A stretch of 63,793 nucleotides of DNA, the filler included, from Nemertoderma westbladi (Eukaryota; Animalia; Xenacoelomorpha), in NCBI GenBank assembly GCA_032718475.1. It is 3 parts of 3 records of this genome, joined end to end, with 100 filler letters (N's around TTAATTAATTAA, not from the genome) between each part and the next. Parts side by side here need not be neighbours in the genome. Positions count along the whole stretch, not along the records: positions 1 to 31,977 come from JAUCBJ010000741.1; 2 more parts are not named here. One strand, given 5' to 3'. How positions within the stretch are numbered: position 1 is the stretch's first letter; the number at the start of each line of letters is the position of its first letter. Shown piece after piece: positions 13,795-27,122 of this stretch. The translations under genes were made by a program, and so were the position numbers. The notes beneath the pieces are model-generated. The model worked only from the letters and a program-made list of their open reading frames with translations. It searched no databases and was not told the origin of the DNA.

Positions 13795-15076
13795 GTGACC
13801 CAACACATAGAAAGGGGTCAATTGACCAAAAAATGGTTTTTAACTTTTTGTTGGCTTTATATAGATAATTTAACGGAGAATTTCCCATTGAAAACCATTT
13901 GTTAATATCTCTTTTCGTTTTTGAGTTATTGTCGATTTAGTAAGACAAGGTTCTGAGATAATTTCATAGCAACATTCTGAGAAAATTAGATTTAAAATTT
14001 TCAAACCTTCCCGCCTTTTTCAGAAACCGCAGTGATTTTTCAAACATCATTTGAACATTTCTGAATGGAATGGTTATTCAATAACATCAACATAATTAGA
14101 GCATTGAAAGTTTCCATGGACAGGTATTTAATATATTTTGTCAGTTTTAAGGTTTGACAGATTCTTTTCATGTATGTTTGTCTGTCTGTATGCATACCCT
14201 TATCTTATTTTGTCTATGAAATAATAAAGAAATTGCAATACCTAATCAAAATATTTGCTACCGGGGATTTCTTGGTCGGTAATATTTTTATGGTGTCAGT
14301 TTTAATGTTTGTCAGAATCTATACGGTCAGTATGTTTGTATGTCATTCTGTTTGTCTGTCTGTATGTATGTATGTATGTCTGACTTACAGACATACATAT
14401 AAACAGGCAGTAAAGATGCTGTTAAACGTAAAAACTGATATCGGAAATGTCTTCGCCGACATATAAAACCCCCATATAGCCATATTTTGGTTAGGGTTAA
14501 ATACTATTCTTAATTTTTTGACGGACATACATACAGACAAACAGACTGACTGACATACAGACATACATCTAGACAGACAGTCAAGATATCGTAAACATGA
14601 AAAACTGGCATCGAAAATGGATTCACCGACCTGGAAAACCCGCCAGAGCCATATTTTTATAAAGTTAAATTATTTTTTCAATTTTTTCACTCACATACAT
14701 ATAGACAAACAGACTGACAGACAAATAGACAGACATACATACAAAAAGACAATTAAGATGCTCTCAAACGTAAAAACTGATATCGGAAATGAGTTCGCCA
14801 ACCTAGAAAACCCCCATAGCCATATTTTGGTGAGGTTATGTGATTTTCTTTATTTTTTTGACTGACAAACAGACAGACAAACAGACAGACAGACATTTTC
14901 TGTAAGTACTGTAACCTTATAAGTTATTTTTTTGGATTCTACGTTAAATTTCGATCTTAAATCAATAAAAAAATGAAATTGAAATTTTTTTTTGTTTTCT
15001 ATAATTTTTTCATATATTTGAAATTTCTGGAAAATGAGATTATTTGAAATTGACCCCTTTCTATGTGTTGGGTCAC
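13795..15076. mobile_element. Sola1-like MITE
   Basis: 29-bp perfect TIR GTGACCCAACACATAGAAAGGGGTCAATT and an AAAT (AWWT) TSD. Internal (CAGA)n-bearing units. Confidence 0.75.
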
Positions 15077-15206
15077 AAATAATAATAATAATAATAATAC
15101 AAATTAATAATACAAATTAATGAAAAATAAATGATAAAAAAACTATCATCACTGGATGATAGATGATTTATACCCATAGATAACGACGTATAATGCTTTT
15201 ATTAAT

Positions 15207-15713
15207 ACACGAAGTGGGGACTTCGCGCAGCACGAAGTTGGCAGAGCCTTAGCGAATTGACACTGTTAGGGGGTAGGTCAATTTATGCAAACAGTCACGT
15301 TGGCCCTCTAGCGGCAGACTGGAGAACTGCAGATGGATTCGCCTCCTTTGAAAGTCACAGCTAATGGTCTAATACATATCTGCCAAGTTTCAGCTTAAAC
15401 GGATTAAAAGCAAAGAAATGGGAGGGCATTTAATGTTTAGACATGTGGCCCTCTAGCGGGAGACCATTGCACTGATGGTGTCTGAAAGTCTCTCAAAAAT
15501 CTCAACTTTTGCTCATATTGATACCTACAAATTTTCAACTTGGCAGCTTTAAATCCGACAAAGTTATTAGCATGTCAAAATCGTAACGACGACGACGACG
15601 ACAACGACGACGACGACGACAACGACGACGACGACAACTATTTGCATAAATTGACCCACCCCCTAACAGTGTCAATTCGCTAAGGCTCCGCCAACTTCGT
15701 GGCTCGCCTCACA
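15207..15713. mobile_element. ACA-flanked Helentron/HINE-like element, short copy with ~65-bp internal inverted repeat and (GAC)n
   Basis: Ends ACACGAAGTGGGG...TTCGTGGCTCGCCTCACA. IR at 15231-15296 / 15637-15701. Internal sequence shared with 56759-57521. Confidence 0.65.
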
Positions 15714-17388
15714 TATTTTATTTCACTTCACATCCACTCTGGTCCTTTTAATACGCATACATTTCATCTAAATTTAAATTTAATACGCATATATTTTATC
15801 TCATTCCATATGACATCCAGTCTGTCTCATAATTATTAGCAATGCCCCTAATGGAATATTTCTTATCTATTATATTTTTAAGACCAACATTAAAATACAG
15901 TAATAATTTTAATTCAGTGTATTTTAATGTACTTTATTTATTGACTCACATTTTAAAATACGTATGTTTTTAACTATTACTTTACCTTTATTACTTTACC
16001 TATTACCTTTACTATTAGTAATTTTTAACTATCTAACTGTTAACTAAAGTTAATTTGTCAGCATATGTTATCTTTGTTCTAAGTTACAGATGGTGTAAAT
16101 TTATATTAATAAATAATAATAATAATATTACATTAGTTATTATTTATAAATATAATGTAGAACTTCGATCTTGACGTCTTTCAAACAGGTGTCGGAGCAG
16201 TTCCTACTGACAGCTCCTCTTGTAACGAACGTAACAACTACAAAACAAATATATTGAATAACTTATTATTAATAGCTTATTTAAGGGAGTAAAATGAATC
16301 TTTGGGCCAAAACGTCCGACAAGCAAATCTTGTATTTTATTTATTGGGCCGAAACGTCCTAGGCCAAAACGTCTTAGACCGAAACGTCTGTTACCCTTAG
16401 AACTGTATTCTATTTGAATCAGCGCCCCAGAAATCCTATAAATGTGAATTTATAGCATCGTATGAGTTCATTACAAATTTGTGTTCAAACCGAAAAGTGC
16501 TGGTTACTTCTTTTTTTCTTTATTTTTGCCTACGTAGAGGGCTAAAACAGCCATTTATAGTAATTAGATCAATTTTAAATATTTTTCAATGGATATTACG
16601 TACCAGAAAGAAAACCTGTATTGAAAAACAATTAGCCGAAAATTGTAAGTTTCAAATTTTATGATAATTGTTCACTACTTGTAATTTTGGTGCTGCATAA
16701 TAACCACCCCAATACATTTTTCCGAAAATTTTATTTTTCGTTCGGAGCCGGACTACACCTTTTCAAGATGTAACTCAGAAAGCGTAATATGAAAATCAGA
16801 AAGCGTAATATGTCAATCAGAACTGTAATATGTAATTCAGAAAGCGTAATACAGTATGTAATTCAGAACCGTAATATGTAATTCAGCAAGTGTAATATGT
16901 AATTCAGAACGGTAATATGTAATTCAGAAACCGTAATATGTAATTCAGAACCGTAATATGTAATTCAGCAAGTGTAATATGTAATTCAGAACCGTAATAT
17001 GTAATTCAGAAACCGTAATATGTAATTCAGAAACCGTAATATGTAATTCAGAAACTTATATAGGAATCATATCTTTAACAGTATCTATCTCTTGGTATCT
17101 CTTGGAAACCAAATGTTCCAGAAGCTTTCTGCTATTTTATTTGTGTTAATGATAATAGAATTGGTAGTTACTTGGTAACCTGTTAATTCTAAAGGAATGT
17201 TAGTGCAATGCGTTTCATTAATCATAAACGCCTATTAATATTTATAAATCACGTTGTTTGTTGGTTCTTAGTGGAATTTAATAAGCAATTAATAACTGGC
17301 CCATGTGGATTATTTAATTATCTTTCCAAACAAAACACTTTTACCAAGGAAAATTAATATTTCATTCCAGTACTATGAGTTGTATTAA

Positions 17389-18288
17389 CCCTATTTGGAC
17401 CGGGAGTAGGGGTCATTTTTTTGTGGAAAGGAATTATGTTTACCAAGTTTTATCACGATCAGCGACCTCGACAACCCTTATACCATGGAAATTGTAATTA
17501 TTGAGCGAAGATCTAAAAGATCTTTGAATGGATTTGATTCAGGTAATTTGCTATCGTTTTTGGTATTTACATTAAATTATGTTTTAAATGGGTAAATTTT
17601 GAAAATGAAAAAAGATAAAAAAAATATTTCAAAACTTGGACCAAAATTTGAAAATTGAAAAAAGGACCGCCTTGAAAAATTTCACAGGGAAATGGACATA
17701 ACTTTTGATTGCTTGATTTTTGGAATCTACGTCAAATTTTTTGCGTCAGATGAGATGTTTTATGAACAATTCAGTAATTTCAAATTTTTTAGTGTGCAAC
17801 CACCCTCAATTTTTATACATAAATCACTCACGGGTGGACATTTCCGATAACTTTAACGTGGCTTTCACATCACGAACTTTCGGCATTCGTGACTTTTAAA
17901 AGTAAAGTAAAGTAAAGTAAATTTTCTACGTCCGTTAGGCCAGGGATTACGCACAAAGTCTGACAACTTATTTCCAGTGCGGTCCCCGCAGAACTTTACC
18001 CCTCAGAGGAAACTCCAGTACTCATTTAGCTACCATTTAAGGATGCAAGGCAGATATGACCATGGCTGGTCCCTTTAAAGCATTCGTGCCGAAACGAAAA
18101 CTGCCCTGGCCCATGTGAGGATCGAACCCATAACCTACGGAGAGATGTAAATTCAATGCAATCGCAACACCAAGGTGGAACCTTGGAAGATAATATAATA
18201 TTTTAATTTCATATACAAATTTTTTATCCCCGCCTGCAGAAGAAAAATCTTTTCACAAAAAATTTTTCTACTCCCGGGCCAAATAGGG
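17389..18288. mobile_element. piggyBac-like MITE at the centre of the foldback
   Basis: TTAA-CCCTATTTGG...CCAAATAGGG-TTAA. Confidence 0.75.
17899..18175 (-). mobile_element. tRNA-derived SINE with (TTTAC)n tail
   Basis: B-box GGTTCGATCC on the minus strand, central conserved block, 5-bp repeat tail. Homologous to 33132-33523 and 40626-41017. Confidence 0.7.
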
Positions 18289-19404
18289 TTAATACAACTC
18301 ATAGTACTGGAATGAAATATTAATTTTCCTTGGTAAAAGTGTTTTGTTTGGAAAGATAATTAAATAATCCACATGGGCCAGTTATTAATTGCTTATTAAA
18401 TTCCACTAAGAACCAACAAACAACGTGATTTATAAATATTAATAGGCGTTTATGATTAATGAAACGCATTGCACTAACATTCCTTTAGAATTAACAGGTT
18501 GCCAAGTAACTACCAATTCTATTATCATTAACACAAATAAAATAGCAGAAAGCTTCTGGAACATTTGGTTTCCAAGAGATACCAAGAGATAGGTACTGTT
18601 AAAAACATGATTCCTATATAAGTTTCTGAATTACATATTACGGTTTCTGAATTACATATTACGCTTTCTGAATTACATATTACGGTTTCTGAATTACATA
18701 TTACGGTTTCTGAATTACATATTACGCTTTCTGAATTACATATTACAGTTCTGAATTACATATTACGCTTTCTGATTTACATATTACGGTTCTGAATTAC
18801 ATATTACACTTTCTGAATTGGTTCTGAATTACATATTACGCTTTCTGATTTACATATTACGGTTCTGAATTACATATTACACTTTCTGAATTACATATTA
18901 AGTTTCTGAATTACATATTACGCTTTCTGAATTACATCTTGAAAAGGTGTAGTGACATCTACGTACAAACAAAAATCAGACGTTTTCGTTAATATTTGTA
19001 GATTTTAGAGGTATTTGTACAACATTTTATAGCCCGGTACTAATAGGTTAATGTAAACCTCAGAAGTTCTCGAAAACTTCGGTTGCCATGGTAATAGGAG
19101 TTTTTAAGGCATATGCCTCTTAACTCTGTAAAGCAATGAAGTGATGAGTCAAAGATTGTTTAACTTTCCATAGCTTCGTGGTTGCATTTCCTTTTGGAAA
19201 TGCCTTTCTAGTAATTAAAGTACAGAGAAGAAATATTAAAAAAAAAATTAAAAAAAAACGTAATTTAAAATAAATAAAATAAAAGTAAAAAGATAAATGT
19301 GCGCCGGAAATAGGTACACGAATAGGACTAATACGCATAGGATAAAGTAAGTATGCACTTATAAATTATAATGTGTATAATTAATGGTATAATGGTATAA
19401 TTAA

Positions 19405-20955
19405 GGGGAGATGGTACACCCCAGAACTTTTCAAATATTGAAAAATTTTCGACATTTTTTTTTTATTAATTCTAAATCAAAATTTAACGTAGATTTCAGA
19501 AATCGAAATCCTAACATCACATCATAAGCTTAACTTGTCTGTTTTTCTGTTTGTCTGTCTATTGGTCTGTTTTTCTGTTTGTAAACAAATTATGGATATA
19601 AAAATGTACACCACCTAACTAAAATAATTGCTACATGGGTTTTCGTGGTCGCGGATTTCATTTCCGGGGTCAGTTTTCAAATTTGACGTAATCTAGTTTC
19701 TCTGTCTGTTAGTCCGTCTGTCGGTCTGTCTGTCAAAAACATAACGAAGCACACTACGGAACTAAAATTTTCACTGTGGGGGCTTTTTAGTTTGGCTGGT
19801 GTTATCTTTCCTGTTTGGAGGATTCTATTATGCCTGTATATTTGTCTGTCAGTCGATCTGTCTGTCAAGAAAGACATACAGACAGACTTAAACAGACAGA
19901 CAGTCAAGGTTCATGCAATTATTAAAAATGACATGGGAAATGAAATCAGCAACTAGGAAAACCCCCATATCAGAAATTATAGTAAAGTGATGTGTTTACT
20001 TATATTTTATCTGTGACACCGACAGTAAGTCAGACAGACAGACAGACAAACAGCAGACAGATAGACAGACAGATAGACATACAGACAGTCCAGATGTCAT
20101 CAAATATTAAAACATGTATTTGAAATGAAATCAGCGACTAGGAAAACCTCCATATCTGATATTTTATTCACGTGACATGCCTCCTTATATTTTGACTGAC
20201 AGACAGACAGACAAAAAACAGACAAACAGACATTCTAGGTTCAGTCAAATATTAAAATTGACATCGCAAATTGAATCAGTAAGGAAAACCCCCATATCAT
20301 AAATTATAGTAAAGTGGTGTGCTTACTTATTTATTTTCTGTGAGATTGACAGACAGACAGACACATTGACAGACAAACAGACAGTCCAGATTTCATCAAA
20401 AATTAAAACAGATATCAGAAATGAATTCAGCGACTACGAAAACACCTAAATCGTAAATTTTGGTTCGCTGGAGTAGTTTATTATATTTTGGCTTATTTTT
20501 GAAATTTCCCGCGTTTTACATAAAATTAGCGGGAAGGTTTAAAAACTTAAAATGCGTTTTTCTCGGCATCATATTTTTCGTGAAATTTAGAAATAAATGT
20601 ACCTTTTTCTCGAGAACGACTTGATGGAAATGGCTGAAATTTTCGCAGCAGGTTTGTTGTAGTGAGACACAATTGTGGAACCTCTAAAAACATATGTTTA
20701 AAACAATTATCAAATGTATTTCTAATATAAATTTCGAAAATTTGTCATTTTTTGTTTTTTGGTGCAATTAAGTGACCCTCAAACATGGACACAAAAAAAT
20801 TTTTTTTTAGTTTCAATTTTTGTTCCAGGTGTGTATCGATAGTTACTCCGCCCTTCTGGAAATTTTCATGATTTCCATCTTGTAGAACCAACGTAATGGG
20901 TACATATGTGTTAATAGTAAAATCTATGGGGATAGCCTGGGGTACCAATCTCCCC
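19405..20955. mobile_element. Kolobok-like MITE with internal (CAGA)n-bearing units
   Basis: TTAA-GGGGAGATGGTAC...GTACCAATCTCCCC-TTAA. Confidence 0.65.
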
Positions 20956-22091
20956 TTAAGTACACGCAAAGTAAATGTACTTAGGAAGGGAGGGATGGAA
21001 GGGGATAGACCAGGACATGTACTGGGGGGGGGGGGGGGGGGGTGCTATTGTTGTCGTTTTTCGGGGGAATGGGCTGGGCAAATCTATTATTTATAGCCAT
21101 ATTATTACGCCTTTCTTCTGGTGCTGCTTGTTAACATCATTTTGTGCAGATATAATTATGTGCTTATTACTAATCTGTAATACACAAACCTTAGGAAGGC
21201 AGGAGTAAAGGCATATTCATAAAATGCGTGTGTTCGATCACAAGTATTAACAATGGCTGATAATAATCTAAGAACGTCCACATACAGTATATCACAATCG
21301 GCTCACAATTGCAAGAAAAGTTCACATATATGTAGGTAAAGTTCAGGCATATTAAGTTAGATCAATAAAAATAAATAAAAGAAAGAAAAAAAAATACATA
21401 CATTTATATAGTACATATAAAATTGTTGTTGCAATAAATGTAAATTATTATTAACTGTATAAAAAAGCCACACAGTCCAATAGGCTATATCGTACCAGAT
21501 AAATGGTTGTAGTTCCGTAGTAGTAGTAAGTATAAAAGTGAAAACAGAGTTCGAAATTATCAGCTCACAGAAGAACCAATAGATAAAGGGCAGGCGAAAT
21601 GATGCCACGATAAGCCAATGCGTAACAAAAAGAGATGGGCCATAAGAGGGAATAAATCTAGTGGATCCTATGTTAAAATATTATAGTTTGGGCTTAATTA
21701 GGTCTGTCTGTAGAACTAGGTAGGCCTAATTTAACTTGAAAGAATCTAATTTTAATTTTAATATTATACTCTTTTCACATACCTTCTCCAATATCTTTCA
21801 CATTTTCGTCTTGATATACTCTATTTATAATTCCAGTCGCCCATGCATTATTGGGGGTATAATAGATTCGAACATTTTCCTGCAATTAATATGTACATAC
21901 AGTTTGTCATTGTAAGGGAACTCATTCAGCAAACGTCACTGAAGGGATATCTTTCACCAGGGTGCGAGAATATCAAAAGACCCTTATTCGATTCTTAAGC
22001 GCTTCCGTAGTAGAATGCCTACCTCCCTTCCCACTAGACTTCCGGTTTCATTCAGGGAACCTGCTGTCGGACAATTCGTACCATTCGAGGA

Positions 22092-25000
22092 TTTTTTTTT
22101 TTTTTTTTTTTTTTTCATTTGTTTTATTTACTTCAAGCATTGTTACAGTATATATATACTTATAATTGCACATTTTATTTAATGTGAATTAAAAACTGAC
22201 AAAGTTATGTTGATGAAGTAGGACGCCGCCTTGTCGCAATGCGAGTTGAGTGGCGGTCGCCCTAAAATGTGAAGCCTATGGATGATATGATAATGAAGAT
22301 AATCAGATCTATGCAACACCATCTGTTTATAAGCCCAAACTACACCCCCCCCCCCCCCCCCCCTCACCCCCGGGTCGTCACTCCAGATACTCCAGCCCAT
22401 TGTAGTCAAAACTCAATTTTAATATTGGTTATGCTGTATTATTTGCAACTGCAAAGTAGTACTTATATGAACGGTTTTTCATGTTTGAATAATTCGTTAG
22501 TTAAATTGTTTTTAAATAGTCCTTTAGAATTAATGGTACATATATATTCCGGAATATTATTCCACAATTTTGCCCCAGCGTATGCAAGAGATGCCTGGCC
22601 GAGTGTTGGGTTTTTCCGAGGTATAAAAAATTTGTTTGTTTCTGCGGCTCTTGTATGATATCGATGAATCTGTCCTACACGTTGAAAAGATTTTGAAAAG
22701 TCAGTAACTTCATATTCATAGAAAACGGAATGCATTAGTAGACCTAATTGTAGACAGTGTAAGTGCTGAATCGGTAATATACGTAAATTATGATAAATTG
22801 GAAATGAATGGCTTTGGTTATCAGAATAGGTGATGCACCTTAAAATTTTATTAACTTTAATACGAATTTTTTGTATTTGACTTTGTTTGGCTCGACCCCG
22901 GACTATTAAGCAATACTGGATATATGGGTGAACGAGGGAGTAGTAAAGTTGCTTTAAAGTATTAAGAGAAAACAGATGCCGTAATTTATAAAACAATCCT
23001 GAACATTTGGATATTTTTTTTAAAACAAACTCTATATGTGCTTTCCATGTTACATTAGCATCCATTATTACACCTAGGTATTTAATCTGTTGCACTTGTT
23101 TCAACCTTGTTCCTCCTATATTCAAATTACGATCGCAAAATTTATTTCCGTATAAAATATATTACGTTTTCTTCACGTTTAACGTTAATCGATTTGACAC
23201 GAGCCATTCCTGGATTTTGATTAATTCCCCATTAACTTTGTCAAAAAGGTTTTCGGGTACTTTATGGCGGGTAATGAAACTAGCATCATCCGCGAACAAG
23301 GTTGTTTCCATATCTGTAACTGAGGATAAATCGTTGATATAGACCAAAAATAATAATGGGCCTAAAAGGCTACCTTGTGGGACTCCAGTTGTTATGGTGG
23401 CAATTGAAGAGGAATATCCGTTTAAGTTAACGTACTGGGTTCGGTTTGAAACGTAGTCTATAAATAGATTAAGGGGTTTGCCTCGCACACCGTAGTATTC
23501 TAATTTTTTAAGCAAAATACTATGATCAATTGTATCGAATGCTTTCCTTATATCGATGTATAAGGCACAAGATGATTCTCCAGATTCAATAGCGTCAATT
23601 ATTTGTTCTGTTACAGTGAGGATAGCCTGAAAGGTGCTACGATTTTTTCTAAATCCAAACTGACGATTAATTAACAAATTGTGACTTGATATGAACCATG
23701 CTAATTGGTCATAAATGATCTTTTCATAAATCTTACTAAAAACCGGGAGAACACTAATTGGGCGATAATTGCTTGCTTCTAGGGGGTCTTCTGCTTTATA
23801 GACTGCTTGCCTGTTTTAAAGAATTCGGGAATTTTCCGCTGCGAAAGGATACATTAATTAAATCAGATAGATGATGAGATATTATATGAGCCCCTATTTT
23901 TACAAGTTTGATTGGGATTACGTCATTTGTTGAACTAGATTCCTTCAGGAGGCGAATATGGTACTCAACCTCAACAGCTGATGTTTCAATCAATGAAAAC
24001 GACTTTGAAGGTGATTTGATTCCCTTTATCAATTTTAGCGGGCAACTTTTGGCCTGAGGCAAATTCCCAGCAAGGTTTTTTGCGACATTTGTAAAAAAAG
24101 TATTAAATTCTTCTGCAATAAGCTCTATTGTTTTGTTTGAGACGCAGACGCTTAGGCGTGCAACGAGATGTGTTGTTTGAACTAGCCATATTTATAATTT
24201 TCCACGTGCGTCTCATATTTCGACCAGACTCGAGAAAAGCTGACTCATAATACCTTTTTTCGGCCTCAAAATTGTAGATACATGATTACGATACTTTTGG
24301 TACTCAATTTTAACATGTTTATTTTTGGAAGTTAGTTTTCGAACATAGAGCTTATTTTTAACTTCAATGGATTTAGCAATCCCATTGGTAATCCAAGGCT
24401 TTCTTACTGGATTAGAATTTATGGTAAATTCTTTAAGTTTTACATGTTGATCACATATCGTCTTTAAATCGTTATAAAATACCTCGTATTTTTGTTCCAG
24501 AGGAATTTTAGAATCGTTATAGTTCCAGTTCGCTGGATTTTCAAGATCATGAGAAAAGTTAAACTCATTAAAGTTACTATAGTCATATCTAAACTTCTTA
24601 TCAATATGAAAATAGCTACCTACATTTTTTAATACTCCGAAGATTGGCAGGTGGTCTGTAGACCCAACTTCAGTAAGAAAGTTTCCAGACTCTATAACTT
24701 TGTGGGAAATATTTGTAAATAAATGATCGATAAGCGTTTTAGAATCCTTAAAAATTCGCGTAGCATTTCTAATGTGTTGTTTATAACCAGAAGCATTAAT
24801 TATATCAAGATACCTTTTTGAATTCCCTGTGTGTTTCAGCAAATCTATATTAAAATCTCCACATATTATTACATCACATTTTTCTTTATTTAATTTCTCA
24901 AATTGGGCCTCTAATTTTGAAATAAAGGTATCATAGTCGACCGAACCAGGCCGGTAAATACAGCCGACGATTAGGGAATTATTTTTAGAGTCACTTTTTG

Positions 25001-25200
25001 TTTGTTGAATTTCAGTCCAAACATTTTCAACCCCAGGAATATTTATTTTTAGGTCGGTTCTCTCTATACCAGTAACCCCTTTTTTTAAGTATATTGCAGC
25101 TCCACCTCTACCAGAAGTAGTGTCTGTCTTAAAATCGTAGAATGGCGGATTGTAGCCATCAATTTCAGTGAGGATGTGTAGTAGACCCCGGAAGACAGTT
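22092..25200 (-). mobile_element. L2/CR1-group LINE, 5'-truncated, frameshifted ORF2 (APE plus RT)
   Basis: LIDHLFTN, TDHLPI, KPWIT, QFGFR, KAFDTIDH, GVPQGSLLGP, FADD and KYLGV across listed ORFs 24213-24842, 23162-23677 and 22463-23125. AATAAA and poly(A) at ~22092-22130 on the minus strand. Confidence 0.9.
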
Positions 25201-25447
25201 TCAGTTTGACTTCCAATGTATATTGATAACTACTAGAACAATAACTACTATTTCTCACCAATATAAGTTATTGCACGTAAGGTGTGAATTAGAAACACCA
25301 ATAATACACAATAATAATAAATAGGAGAGATGGCATTTAATGTAGAAATGCACCCTTGAATAAACTCTATATCAAAAACCACCACATTAAATATGCAGCA
25401 ATATTGGAAATAATCGTCATTAAGCATCTGATCGCTCTACTATTAAC

Positions 25448-27122
25448 ACACGTTCGTGGGGCCTTCGCGCAGCACGAGGCCCAGTTATGAGATACAAATT
25501 AAAATTGAGCGACTGTATCACAAAATCAGGTTTTGAGAAATTTACCCACACCACCAATCAATCAAAGAAAGGGTGACAGTACGTGTTCACCCCTTTTAAT
25601 CCCCCCCCCCCCACCCTTCCCAACCACCAATACATAACCGCGACATCTACCACCCACGGAAGGGTAGCACGAACTTATTTCCAATCGCACGTTCAATATG
25701 CAAAGCCAGGTGGTTTATAGGAATATAATAAACGCAGTACTCGTTTTCATTATAAGCCTCGTTGCGTTCGTCCTGTTTTGTATTAGTACTCGTTTTCATT
25801 ATAAGCCTCGTTGCGTTCGTCCTGTTTTGTATTTAAATATATTTCTTAAACGCAGGCTAGGACGATCTTTATAATAATAATAACTAGGGATGCGATCAAT
25901 ATGTGAAGCCAGGTGGTTTATATAATAATTTAGTCAACGCAGTACTCGTCTTCATTATATGCCTCGTTGCGCTCGTCGCTTGTCCTGTTTTGTCATAAAA
26001 TATTTTTCCTAAACGCAGACTGACGATCTTTATACAGTTATAACTATGCGAAGTTTCGAAACTGTGCGAGTAACTGTTGATACATCTATGTGGAGATGTG
26101 TGATACAACGCCAACGCATATTATGCCGATGTAGTAATATGGGTATTGAAATAATATTAAATCAATGTACACTCTTAAAGCTGCAGCGAAAAAATGTAGC
26201 TAATTTCCTAGGTTACATATAAAATAATAATATTATTTTTAAGAACATTAATTTTACTACTTTGCAAAAATTCAATTAAAAAATAACCAGACATATATAT
26301 ACATTGTGGAATAAACTATTTCAGAAGCCTACAACAGCCATGCCATGGATTGTATTTATGTTATTATATCTGTCATTTACCTGAGATAGCAATAGTAGTA
26401 GTAGTCGAACGGTTATGCGGCCCGTCCAGCCTATAATAAACACAATTCAGTGATAGTGATAATAATACAACACTTATAGTAGAGTCAATAGGAATTGGAA
26501 TACAGGAAGGATGTTGGGATGTTGGATTTAAAGAATGCTGTCTGGGCTGGAATAGCAATACTGGTTGCCTATTACAATTCCTCTCTGGTTAGTCTACAGC
26601 CACAACTCCCAGCTGGCTAGCTCCACACCAGCAGAGACTTGACCAATAATGGGAAGGATTAAATTTTTACTCAATAATTGTGCCGTTTAATTACGTTTAG
26701 ATCAATTAAAGACACATTTATTAAAGCAAATCACTTGAACTAATTAAAAACTATAATAGAATGGCGTATGTGGATTACATCTGTAAATAATTTTTAAGTA
26801 TAATTATTTAAATCTTATACTGTAAAACAATTAATTTCCTTTAAAAGGCAGGTTGAAAATGGTGTTTTCACCGTAATCAACTTAATTAACTAATTAACTG
26901 CTATTATCTTAGCTTCTCGAAGGCCACACGGAAATTCTACTTGGAAAATTTCTAAACTTTTGCCAAACAACATGTGTACCAAGTTTGGATAGATTTCATC
27001 AAAGATTGGCCGAGTTATTAACGTTTAAAATTGAACACGACAGAACAACAGAACGACAGAACGACACGTTGATTAATGGTACCACTACGCTAAGGCTCAC
27101 TCACTTCGTGGCTCGCCCCACA
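25448..27122. mobile_element. ACA-flanked Helentron/HINE-like element, ~1.67 kb
   Basis: Homologous to 44525-46118. Asymmetric GTGGGGC/GCCCCAC inverted motif and (GACAGAAC)n near the right end. Confidence 0.75.

Larger units (their letters stand above)
11814..16396. mobile_element. MULE-like non-autonomous element with subterminal GGACGTTTCGGCC tandem repeats
   Basis: Termini GTATACAGACGTTTCGG / CCGAAACGTCTGTTACCC. A ~9-bp TSD (TTAGAAATG / TTAGAACTG) flanks it and the host MITE resumes afterwards. Confidence 0.7.
16756..18949. mobile_element. Foldback element with ~630-bp arms of 21-22-bp (GTAATATGTAATTCAGAAAC) repeats, TA TSD
   Basis: CACCTTTTCAAGATG termini flanked by TA. The empty site GAC-TA-GTG is seen in the paralogous MITE near 62361-62368 (minus strand). 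Confidence 0.8.
10715..19047 (-). mobile_element. piggyBac-like MITE (~1.5 kb core) expanded by nested insertions
   Basis: TTAA at 10711-10714 and 19048-19051, CC(C)TATTA termini. Its pieces are collinear with the reverse complement of the uninterrupted copy at 62252-63793. Confidence 0.8.
1710..19211 (+). mobile_element. Interrupted Helitron-like repeat with GTTNCCATGGNAAC palindromes (visible pieces ~1710-2280, 9263-10710, 19052-19211)
   Basis: Segments are mutually homologous (e.g. 1731-1790 vs 10068-10130). Two ends have a GCATTTCC..G(A/G)AAATGC hairpin followed by CTAG|T (10017-10020, 19208-19211), resembling Helitron 3' termini. The repeat resumes after each large insertion. Confidence 0.5.

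Noticed and set aside
16780-17055. CRISPR-like or iteron-like 21-22-bp repeats
   Set aside because: Spacerless subterminal repeats of a foldback element.
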